Made by a program: the position numbers and the translations under genes | Notes under the pieces: generated by a model | What the model was told of the DNA's origin: nothing | The model's database searches: none | Seen by the model: the letters and a program-made list of their open reading frames with translations, nothing else | Shown: positions 40,220-52,279 of the stretch, piece after piece | Position numbering within the stretch: position 1 is the stretch's first letter | Layout of the letters: each line of letters starts with the position of its first letter | From: Podarcis gaigeae | Lineage: Eukaryota | Length of the DNA stretch: 64,000 bases | Strand: one strand, 5' to 3' | Assembly (NCBI GenBank): GCA_964106915.2 | Contig: OZ066915.1

Positions 40220-41407
40220 GTGAGAACCTTGGGATACCAAGTGAAAGATTTGGGGATTAATGCTCAAGTGAAACTTTTAGTGAAAGGCCCTGAATGGCAC
40301 GGGCACTGAATGTTTAACAGGGTAGGGATTGGCATGTGTGCACGCTCAGTTCCTAGTTGCTTAGGGGCTCTTTGTCAAATGTAAAACACGAGCCAGAGTG
40401 CATATAATTGTACATCACAGCAGCAGTCACCATGGGGTTTTCTTGCGTGCTAAAAAACCTGCCTTGCAAATAACAGAGGTGCTCACCAATGATTAGAGAT
40501 CTGTTTCAGTTATCCATATTGCTACTCCCCACCCCCACCCCCCACCATTGCTTCCAACTGGCTATTTGCTTAAGGAAAAATAAAGTTACTAGAGCTCAGC
40601 AATCCTATTTTAATATGTGCTTATGTTCATAGGAAGGGTCCAGAGTGTTCTCCCGCATATGTCTTCCCCATCCCTCTCTGCATGTTGCATCATGGGCCTC
40701 TTCCCTTTAGTACGGGATTTGGCTCCTTCAGCCCTCTCTCCTCTTATAAGCAAGGCTCTCTGCCTGCTCCAGCTACAGCTGTCAATGGCACCAACCAAGG
40801 CCAAAGTCAGGCTTCCTTCTTCAGGGATCTGCACCAAGAAGCATCCCACCTTGTCAGCTGGATGCTGTCTATGGACATCTGCGCCTTCAAGCCACCTTTC
40901 CATAGGCCCTGTTGCGACCTAAGCTCAACAGTGGGTGGTGTCGTCATGCTTCCTATGCGCTGTGTTCAGATAGAAAAGACTGAAAAATACTCTTGTGACT
41001 ATTTCAAAATATGAAATTCTGCTTAGGATGGGCATTTCCTGGTGACTTGTGTTGGAGGCCTAATGGGTTGATGGCCGGGTGTTAAACCAGTGGCATGAAT
41101 CGTAATTGATAACGATTAAATATGTGTTAAAAGGATGGGGAAGGACTAAGCATTCAAGATAGGAAAAAAATGTGCATAAATTCAATCCTATCCATCCCGC
41201 AACCTGGAAGCTCGTCTAGATTTATGGAACACTTCCCTTCTTCCCTCTGGTTCACTGAGGAGGGGGATTCCTTCTTAATACAGATCTCTACTATTGCTTT
41301 CTTAAAAGTAGCGTGTGTGTGTGTGATCTATATTCCGTCTCTTAATGGGGGGAGTCCCTGTGCCCTAAACGCCCTGATGTTTTGTGCCTCTGTTGCTCCC
41401 GCTGCAG

Positions 41408-41566
41408 GAGATCGATGGGAAGTCTCTTCTGCTGATGCAGCGCACCGATGTCCTGACCGGCCTCTCCATCCGCCTGGGGCCTGCTCTCAAGATCTACGAG
41501 TACCACATCAAGGTGCTGCAGCAGTGCCACTTTGAGGAGGACGAGGGCGACTCCTTCATGGGCTGA
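41408..41566 (+). CDS. SAMD1: SAMD1 exon 5 (SAM domain C-half, [30 protein letters not shown]...*)
   Basis: cag|gag, ends TGA; total CDS 1485 nt, 494 aa. Confidence 0.95.
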   Translation, partial: EIDGKSLLLMQRTDVLTGLSIRLGPALKIYEYHIKVLQQCHFEEDEGDSFMG

Positions 41567-44500
41567 GGAGGACGGGCGCAGCTCACGAAGGGTGTGGAGA
41601 GCTTGGGTGGGGAGAAGTGAACGGGGACTCTGCCAACCGCTACTGTCTCAAGTCATTTCAGCCTTTCTCTGCCTCCATGAAAACAAAGAGAAGCAGCTGT
41701 GTGGGAAGGGGAAGAAGGACTTTGGCCAGATTTTTGTGAAAATGGTGGGGAGGACAGAAATGATGACCCAGGCTTTGCGGCTTCTCTACCCTGATTGTCC
41801 AGAGATAGGAAAGACAGGGAGGGAGGGCTGCAAAAAAACAAATCCCACCCTTCTCCCAACCTGTCTGTGTTACTTACCCTAGCATTTTACTTACCATAGT
41901 GCATTGTCTGTTCTTGGGAAAGGGTGGAAAGATGTGGTTTTTGTCCCTCTTCCCAGCCGCAGTTTAATTGAAATAATTTGTGCTTCAGCATCCCCCCTTT
42001 CCCCTTCCCCTTTACCACCACAACAACAGCAACCACAGTAGCACTTGATGGTCCTACCTGCTCCCCCTCCCTTTGTTGCTGTTCTCAAGAAGACAAAGAT
42101 AGAGCCTGCTGAAGGTGTCAGGAGGTTTTAATCAAATATCTTTTTATTCTCTTTTCTGTTTGGGTAGGCTTTTCTTCCAGTTTTCATGGTCGTTGCCCAG
42201 AGTCAACTGCTTTTTATTATTTCTTTCTTCCCATTTTTTAAAAAAAATATAAATATTTAAACTGGAAAAAAACCCAATTGGTTTAGTATTCCCAGACTTG
42301 TTAGCTTTCTTGAAGGGGTATTGGATCACCTAAAATGAACATGTGTCTAAAGGACAAAAGTATGTGTAAAAAGAGGTGGAAGTCCTAAGTTCTGCTCTCT
42401 TTTTCTCTCCTTTTTTATTTGAGGGTGGTGATGTCACCTAGTGGTGTTGCTAATCGGTTTATGGGATGTATTCTGACTAGTCCAGGGATGGGAGCAGAAC
42501 TCTGGAGTCCTGGCTCAATTTTCAATGCTATAATCAACTGGGGTAAAAAAGTGCGGTAACATTTGCACATCACCAGGAAGTCTAAAATGAAACACTTAGG
42601 GTTTAGGGAAGGTCTCTTTGCAGTGGCAGAGGCAGATGACTCGTCGTCTGTGTATATTCACAACCAGGTGGTTTAGCTGGTGCTTCTATAGCAGATAATA
42701 TAAGTGGAGCAAACACTTTGGGGACTGAAAAGAGCAAGGAAAGGAAATGGTCCGCAGCCCTGTTCTCAGTTACGAAAAATGGGGTGGTGGTTTTTGTTGC
42801 CTTAAGAAAGGATCTCCTCTTGTTAAAGCAGGCCAAGCCCGCAAAGGTATACTGTAAAGGCAAGAGGAGGTGGTTTAAAAAGACAACAGTGAAATTGGCT
42901 CTTTGTGCACATCAAATGGAGAGGATCTAGCTATGGCAGAAACACAAAATCTGAGCTTTTTTGGTGATTTTTCAGGGCACACCTCTTGAATACCCCAGTT
43001 GCTTAGCAAGTATCTGTTTCACAAAACAGTTTGAAACTCGTTTCACTGTCACGGCTTTCTGTAAAGAACTGTAGGAATGGAAACCTTTTGGTGAGGCTGC
43101 TGAGAACTCTTTTGTAGTATCTTAGACCCTTTTACAGAACGACACTTCCTAGAATTTGTTGTTTTAGAGCCGTGGCAGATGAGGGTTGAAACTGGTTTAA
43201 ATTTGGAATGTAGACAGGCCCTTAATACAGTTTGAGGATCAGTGGATAGACAGTAGCTACCCTGTTTAGTTGTGACTCAGAAACAGAGAAGCTTACGTAG
43301 CTCGAGACACAACCCAACATGCATGCCTAAAGGAATGCACAGCTAGACAGGAGCACACTGAATTTATGTTCTCAAAATTTTATTTGGAACCATGAGGGCT
43401 AGAAACCTATTGTTTGAACTTTGAAAGCAGAGGTTCTCAATGTTGTAGCACAAAAGTGCCTCAGGGGCTTACATACCGGCTGCATGTTGCCCCCTATTGC
43501 ACTAGACCCTACTATTTTGTCCAGAGCTGGGAATAAAAAAACAACAAGATTTTTGGGTTCTAATATGTATTCTGTTTATTGGCCACCAGTTGTCAAAAGA
43601 GCTGCCATAGGAGGTGAAATGCTTTAGGAACCAATTTAGATGACTCAACAGTGGGAGTGATTTTTCCAACTCTTTGTGCTCTCCTTTTGGGAACAGAGTA
43701 GGGCTACAGAATTGGGCTGCCCGTTTACTTCATTGTTATTGAAAGAGGAGAGGATATTAATAATCCACAGTGGAAAGGTGTAGATTGGAATGGACAAAAC
43801 CAAGCAAGGCTGTTCCAGCGCAGTGTTTTGAAAATTCCTCTGTGAGGCTTGGTTGGGACAAGGTTGTGTTGCCTGTCAGAGCAGAGGCTAGTTCAAGTAA
43901 GAGACAAGACGGAAAGGGGCTTTAGGATCCTAACTTCCTAGATATACTGTAGTACAGTTTAAGGGCTGATATACATGACCGTGTGCTGATGAAAACACAG
44001 ATAAGGTGCTGGCTGGTTGTGTGGTTTAAAAAAAAACAAACAGATTTGTGCTTTGGGATCTAGGCTTAAGCTGGTTGGCAATGGGCCCAGGTTGTAACAT
44101 ACAGGTTTTGGAAATTTGTGCAGGGGGAATGGCCTTGGCTAAGGCTGTGCTGAGGTGTGAACTGGGCTTGTGTTTACTAATTCAACATCTAAAATATCCA
44201 AAGGCGAAGTTTCCTTGGTAAAGGTGGACACAACATATTGCACAGTCTTTTATGTTGATCTAGGCTAATCTAGCTACTGGAAGTTAAACACTTAAAGGCT
44301 AGGAATTGCACAACACATTAACACACTAAGGTGTCGCTACACAGAGTTTGGAAAGCTCTGCTCTACCTGAATTGAATACATAACAGTTACTTAACCTATT
44401 CAGAGACTGAATCACAGACACGTCCCTAAACTTGCTTAAAATTCTAATTTCAATCATGGTGCAGGTGTGGTCTAGCACCCAATGTTGCTGCAGAAACAAT

Positions 44501-47500
44501 GTCACAGGTGGTGAAAAGCGAATGGGGGTGCAGGGAGTGGGAAATATTCTAGGGCCATTTCACCAACTAGGCCTCTGGCAAAGTGGTCATTCCTCAAACT
44601 GCTGATCAGTGATGCCTTGGATGTATGGTTGAAATATCAAGGAAATTCTTGATATTTCATGGGCTTCTCCTTGGAAATGGTGATGCAATCCAAGCCCACA
44701 TACCCACCTGAAAGAAGTGGAGAGAGGATAATTAAGAAAATACATGCTTCTAACGGACTTTGCAGCTTTCCTATTAATTCTTCAGATTTCCCTCTGAATA
44801 AGTGATTGCAACTAGCATTTGCTGATTAACATGGGATGCAACTGTCCAACTTTGGGACTACAAGTGGTTGAGCTATAAGTACGGATGCCTCTGATGTCCT
44901 CTGTTCTGTTTCCAAATGTGCTGCCTTGACTTAAAATGGATGGAGGACCTGTGGCCCTCCAGAAGTTGGGCTTCCAGCCAGCATGGCCAGGAATGATGGA
45001 AGCCGTAATGCAGCACCAGCATCTTAGGCCCTACAGATGCTCTTACACTCTGAGGATCCTTAGGCTGTAGTTCTATACCTGCTTACCGTGGGATAAGCTC
45101 AGTCAAAGTGAGTAGAACCTAGAGCTGAGTACAGGATTGTTAGTTACTTTCAGCACTATGTGGCATTTAAATTGAGACTAACCCAAAAGCAGCTGGGTTG
45201 TCAACGATGAACATCCCTACAGAACAAATTCATTCAGGACTGGCATACTAGAGGTATCGATGTTTGTGGTGCTTACAAGCAGAAGTTGATCTTTTAAAAC
45301 AATAACGTGCTGCTCCTGTTTAGCTACGAGTATCTAACCTCGTGGCTAATGGTGGGACCTGATGCATTGTCCTGCAGCATACACACACACAAAAAGGCAA
45401 CCAAAGCAATGAAGCATCTGAAATACTTTGAGGAAAGGCCAAAATACTTGAAGCTTTATAATTAAATGGAAGAGGGGAGGGATGAATTGTGTGTGTTGCG
45501 GCAAGAGTCCATCTCTTCCCTACATACAGGCCATGCTTCCGCCCCTGACAAACAGACCAAGGACAGATTTTTTTAAAAACTATGCTTCCATCCAGCTGAT
45601 GGAAGGCTGTTGTATGACGTGATGGCCACTGGCCCCAGTGCAGGGTCTAGCACCAGCTGTTTGCCATGATAAACTAAATGGACACGCCTGATTCAGAGGC
45701 AGTCTACCTCTGACAGCCAGCTGGCAGTCTAGCCACTCTCAAAAACAGGATGCTGAAGTGGATGAACTCTGTCTGAAGCCTTTATGTTCCTCATTCTGAC
45801 TTCAATGTACCTTTGGGAGTAGATAATAAATTAGGATTGATTCCCCCCTCCCTCCTCCAAGAAGATTTACAATGAAAGCAACAGCTCTGTGGCTGATAAC
45901 TGTGTGTAAGGAAAGATTCTGCTTCAGTAAAAAATAGTAAAGGACTTTGAATTCCCATTGTGCTGATCCTTCGTTGCTTTCAACTTGGTAGCCACTGTAG
46001 GGAGTTCCAGATTAGGTCACTGTCGAGTTCACACTTATTATTCCGTTCTTCCTGAGAAGTGATTGCATGCTGCGCTTTGTGCTGGACTTCAGTAACATAA
46101 CTGCATATTGAGGATGGGAATGGGGCGAGGGAAGATCAGAGGCTTTTGGTTTAAAGGATAATAACTCCTGGCTCCCATAAGAGGGTCCATTTGATCAATC
46201 CACTACGCTTGCATCTGTTTATAAGATGCTGAACTGGACTTTTTGCATGGCAAGCAACCATAACAGGACTCCTTGCCCAGGCAAAGCCTGTATTCCTTGG
46301 AACAAAATAATAGTTTGTGTGGGTCTTGGCAAAAAAAAAATGAATGGCAAAAAAGCAAAAAAATAAAATAGAACTAAGCCTGGGGGGAAATCCTGCTACA
46401 ACCAATTTTTTAAGGGTAAGGTATAGGGGGCCCAGCTGCACAAATACAAATTATGTAAAGTAGGCTATGATAGACACTTTACAAATAGAACTGCATACTT
46501 GGTATAGCATTTTTTATTTTTTATAGTATTAGTTTGGATGTAGGTAGGTTGGAGAATCTGCACAGGAACTCAAGGGAAAATATATGCTGCTAGGACACTT
46601 TTTGAGACCGCTCAGTGTGCCATTCCAACATGTCACTCAGAGCACACCCATTGGAATTGATGACTGTGACTAAGATTGGTTGATAAATTTCAATGGACGG
46701 GATTTACCTAACCAGCCCCTCAGCAGAAGCACCACACAAGCTTGCCCCTGCACACCATGTCACACCCAAAAATTGGTTATTTTGGCAAGGTGTGTGCGCA
46801 TCAGAAGAACTCCCAGAATAGTACACAGGAGGAGAGGGAAATGATTCTATCCAAACAGCTGGAAGAGTGATGTTGACTTCCACCAAATATTTCCTGAGTA
46901 AAAGCCTGAGGGTGCCACTTAAGTCATTGGGACTTAAAAGGTAAACACGCATCCCTTTACGTCATTTTGCTACAGCAAATCATTCTGTGAACTGCAGCAG
47001 GAACAGTTGCGAGCTCTTAAATAAAAGTCTCTTTCAGTACGCAAACTGCAGCTGCACCTGTCAGCCAAGCTTTAAGGTACAGGAGCTAGAGATGAATGTG
47101 GTGTTGTTGCCCACTGTGTGCAGACTGCATCTTTTAAAGCCCATCCATATCCTTTTGATGACATAATAGACACAGCAGAACTGTGCCAGCAGCTTCTACT
47201 TTGTAGTTTTACTTGAGCACACAGAAGAACCGGCTAACCATCATTACCAACAACCAATTTTGTTGTGGTTACAATAATAGAGCGTTCCATTAACAGAAGG
47301 AAGATGCCACCTGTCCCATGCTTCATAAGGGTAGGCGAAGAGTACAGAGCTAGCAGTTCAAATGGTTAAATCTCTTATCCAGGCCTGAACTGGTACCTAA
47401 TTTTGAAGCAAATTGCACCCATTATGCAGGACCCCAAACCATTGTCCAGTATATGCAAGTCTTTTAAATGTACACTGCAAATGTAGAATTTGGAGCTGGA

Positions 47501-47750
47501 TACAGGATTCAGGCCTGACGTGGAACTGCATTGCAGCATGTCATCCAAGGAACCAGTCTAGGCACCAATACTAAGGTGACGTTGCTAGGGAAAGAGTTTT
47601 AGGGAAGATGAAGAAAGCAATTCACCACAAGCACAAAGTTGTATTAGAACTGAAACCTATTTTGAGGAAATAAATATATTACATCCTGAACATATAAGCC
47701 CCTCCCCCCATTTTGAAACATGGACACAACAGCGGAAACTCAAGTTCATC

Positions 47751-47756
47751 TTTATT
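47751..47756 (-). terminator. Probable polyadenylation signal of the PRR36-family gene
   Basis: AATAAA on the minus strand at the end of an AT-rich, repeat-poor ~2 kb stretch downstream of the stop codon. Confidence 0.5.
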
Positions 47757-49700
47757 TTAAGAAACTAAGAAAAATCTATCATAATTTATCACCAACAATG
47801 TGCTACATTACAAAAGCAGTCACACACATGCAAACTTCAGGAGGGGGCAGGAAACCACACACCTTGTTACAGTTAATAAGGCTCCATTTCCAATGATATC
47901 ACTACACAAAGCTACAGTTCCATCGAGTTGTAAGAGATACCTCCCAAACCCTGCATTCAAGGCACATGTAGCTGCATGGACAAGAGTTACCAAGAGGAAA
48001 ACCATTTCTGAAGGCATGGAAGAGAAGGACCATATTGCCATGCAATGATAGGTCTCACAGTTGGGCTACTTCCGCCATAGCAATTCATAATGCCTGGGCA
48101 CTTTCAGCCCCACAAGCAAGGCAGGGCTATCCAACATGGGCACCTTGTCCCTACCTAGAAAACAAGCTTCTCCATCTCATGTAACATTTTCCTAGCAGCG
48201 CTAATCTCTCAAGGTAATTGACTCAAGAATCCTAAATTCTGCCATCTCCATTGTAGCAGGCAGAAATGGAGGAAAGTAATGCATCAAAAGCATCTCTACC
48301 TCTGCACTGCTCTAAGAGTTTCTCTAGCAAGTGGTCCTGTGCTACGTGCCCAAGTATGCAGAGGTGAAGGAGAATTTTTTTAATTCTTTAAATCCCTGTG
48401 ATGGGACATGGGTGTCCCACAACTGGCATGTGGGGTAAAGGCGGTAATTTTGTCCCACTTAATACCAGCAAATGCTAGGAGGCCTTTACTAGAAAAAAAA
48501 GATGCAGTGTTTCATCGCCATTAAAGTCTGTTACAGCAGAGTCCCACAGTAAAAAGTGTCAATTGCATTTGTCCATCATCAAAGAAAGGAAATCCCTGGG
48601 CATGGCAAAGCACCATAGGAAACCTGCAGGTTGCTACTGTTGTGCCAATATTGAGAGACAGGATAGCACAGGCATTGGCATTGCAATCTTGTCCGCTTCT
48701 CTATACTGCTGAACTTTGGGTTCACGCTCCCAGGAAGAAGACACCCTGTACCAAACAATTCCCAAGCAGAATAATTCCCAAAGAGATTCTCATTATCCTT
48801 TCCCCTGGATAGAGTACAGATGTCTATGTAAAAAAAACCAAGTTGATTGGCACTTAAGATGGCAAACCACATACCAGCACAAGCCCTCCCACCAAACACA
48901 CACACTTTGAAACTTGGGGCATGACCCACTCCTGAAAAGTACAGAAATGCCTAAAGACAGAACAGTTCCTCCTCACTTGTAGATGCTCCCCCCCCCTTAT
49001 GTCATTGGAGGGGCAATTTCATGTGTTGCTCTTTCAGGGGAAAGAGGTAGAAACGCCTTTCTCCCAAGAGCAAGCAGTTTGCTTTAGAAGGGTTCCCTGT
49101 ATCTGTAGTCAGCTATGAGAAACGAGGCATGTGAACACTTTCTGCCAACCTAGGAAAGGTCTGCCAGCCTTTGTAGCCATTAATTGCCAATAAATCCATG
49201 TGGAACTCCAAGGCCACATCAGTAGCTGTATCAGACAGTTGCTTATCTATGGCTGGGGGAAGCCCCCAGCCAAGTAGATAAAGTATTGCTATGTCAACCA
49301 AAAGCAGAGGGGTGTGGTTCCCCCCCCCCCAGCACTTACCAGGCGAAGTTGCACAGGCCTATCTCAAGTGTAGAAGCTGCCCCATATCACTGAAGACCCA
49401 AACAAAATGTAGAGGGGGTCCAGTGAGCTAAAAGCAGCTCAAAAGTGAATTTGCACTTTCTGGCAAGTGGCAAAAACAGTGGCTAAGCTACAGTAAAAGC
49501 CAATAGAGCAATCATCTCAGATAGTGTTTCTCATTAGCTGCCCAAGAGATCAGAAGGGGAGGAGGAACACCCCCGCAGTTGGCTAACACTAGATTCTGAA
49601 GTCTCTACAGGAACGGCTGGATCGTACCTAAGGGGAAGGGTGTTGTGGGGAAACAAGTCAAAATGCCCAAGGGAAACTTTCCATTTCCAAGGAAACAAAT

Positions 49701-50249
<549 letters not shown>

Positions 50250-52279
50250 TTAAAAAGAAAACCTGAGATGCTTCTCAGCCTGGCAAGAGCTGTCTTCAAA
50301 GGTTGCTGTTATCTATTGACTGAACCCACCACCACTGCAATGCCTGGGCTGTGCAGAACCCTTTTGTTCAGGTCCCCTACTTTGTCTCCCTCTAGTATTG
50401 TCCCATCCAGATATGGGGCCAGCTTAATGGACATACAACAGCTGTAAGAACTGCATGGGGACCTGGGCTAGGGTTGCCTTTTGGGATTCCCAAGCAACTC
50501 CCCATTCACTCATGGTCCCTGTCAGACAGCCACTCCCGACTTTCTCAAGATGACAGGTTGGGCAGGTGGGCAATTAATTCTTAAGAGCTTCATTGGCTTT
50601 ATAAAACTTAAGCTAGTTCTTAAATCCGAGTTATTTCTTCTCAACAGCATCTATACTTTCGCGAGTCCTGGTTGACCATTTTACTTAAAAAGCCAACCAG
50701 CAGCAGAAAGATGTATCCATCAAGGAAGTTGTAGTTAAGTTGCCAGTCAGCTCTGCCATTCTCTTTTGACAAAACAGAACACCCAATCATTCTTATTGGG
50801 GACCCACGTACGGTATCTTTTGGCATGTGACCTTGCTTAGTCCAGTAGGATTTCAACATATTTTGCTCCCTCTAGAATGGCAATTAGTTTGAACACTCCC
50901 CCATTTCACTACACCTATCGCTTCTAAAGAGATCAACCTATGCTCTTCCTACCACCCTACAGAAGGTCACAAGGTTAAGGTATCATATTCCAAGATTACA
51001 ACTATAACAAAGCTGGTTTGCCTAGATCAGTTGCCTTAGCCAACTTCATAGGACTAAAGTGGGAGGGGGGTTCCTCATGGACCATAGAATCCCCTGCTTG
51101 ATGCTGGAATCCCTGAGCTAAAACATCTCCAGCAGAGGGCTGCCTAGCTCTGCTCAAAGACATCCATCCCCCTAGATAATTGGGTTTGCTGCCTAGCTGG
51201 TCCTTGCCATCAACAGGTTTCTCCTGTTACTTAAGCCTTAGGTCTACTCCAGGCCTCTGGAGCAGCAGAGTGGATTTTCCCCTCTTCCATGGTATTCAGT
51301 CCCATTTCCAGAAAGCTCTCCTCCCTGCTAGCTGCATTAGAAGAGGCCTGCTCAAATTTCAATTCCTCTTATATTTGATAAGGTGAGACTCACTTTAGGG
51401 GAGCTGCCTGCAAGACTAGTCTGAAGATTGCCATAAGTATAACCCCTCCCCACCAAATGCTCTGCAGAGCCTTTTTTTGGCAGGGCTTCATCCAGTTCAT
51501 GAGAGAGAAGCAAATAGTGATGGGATACCATAAAGAAAAATAACCTTCACAGAACAGGGAGGCTCCAGGGTCACTAGGAAGCAACTACTAGGCTCAAGGG
51601 CTGCTGAACAAGGCCAGGAAAGTGTATTGACCTTGATGGATTAAAATTCTACCCAGCTTTGCAAAATATTCCCACGATTCACTGCTGCCAATATGCCAGT
51701 CAGATTTGCCCCAGTTCATGTGCAAAACCAAACAAGGTTTCTGGGCTACTTGAGCACACAAGAGGCAGCTCTCAATGACAGGGCTCCACACTGCGTCCCT
51801 AACACCTGAGCAACTTTGAAAAATACGTGGACTGTCCTTGGCGAGATCTCGGAAGCAAAGCCACTTACAGCCGCGTTCAGTTAGGGCTCTCCACTCTCTC
51901 CAAGCCACCAACCTCCCCCCCCACCTCAAAACAGTAGGGAACAGATCTCCTGGAAAAACAAGACAGGCCAGATCAGATAGACAAAGTGATGCTTTATTCA
52001 ACATATCAAGACTAAGAAGTTTACCCTTCTCAGAAAACACGCTAAAATACACACAGTTTCCCGCGAAGAAAAGGGGTTGTCGAGATTGGGGGGGGGGGGA
52101 GAGGTATCAAACACAAAGAGACAAAAAAAAGTATGCCTGTTTGGCTAGAAACACAGATGGAACAGGTGCACATGGAAGGAGAGGGGCCGTCTTCCTTCCC
52201 TACAGGGTACTATTGCACATTGAGATACCACAGGTTGGCACTTTTGACACAGACAAGGCAGGTTTCCTCTATACGTTAC

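Noticed and set aside
40617-41014. Overlapping ~100-aa ORFs in SAMD1 intron 4 (possible retrocopy or DIRS fragment)
   Set aside because: No motif I can confidently recognise, and no splice signals in phase with SAMD1.
46704-46952. 82-aa minus-strand ORF between SAMD1 and PRR36
   Set aside because: No recognisable homology or partner exons; length is consistent with chance.
51127-51143. CTCF-like CCAGCAGAGGGCTG
   Set aside because: Lies in a decayed CR1 3' UTR remnant and has no support beyond the motif match.
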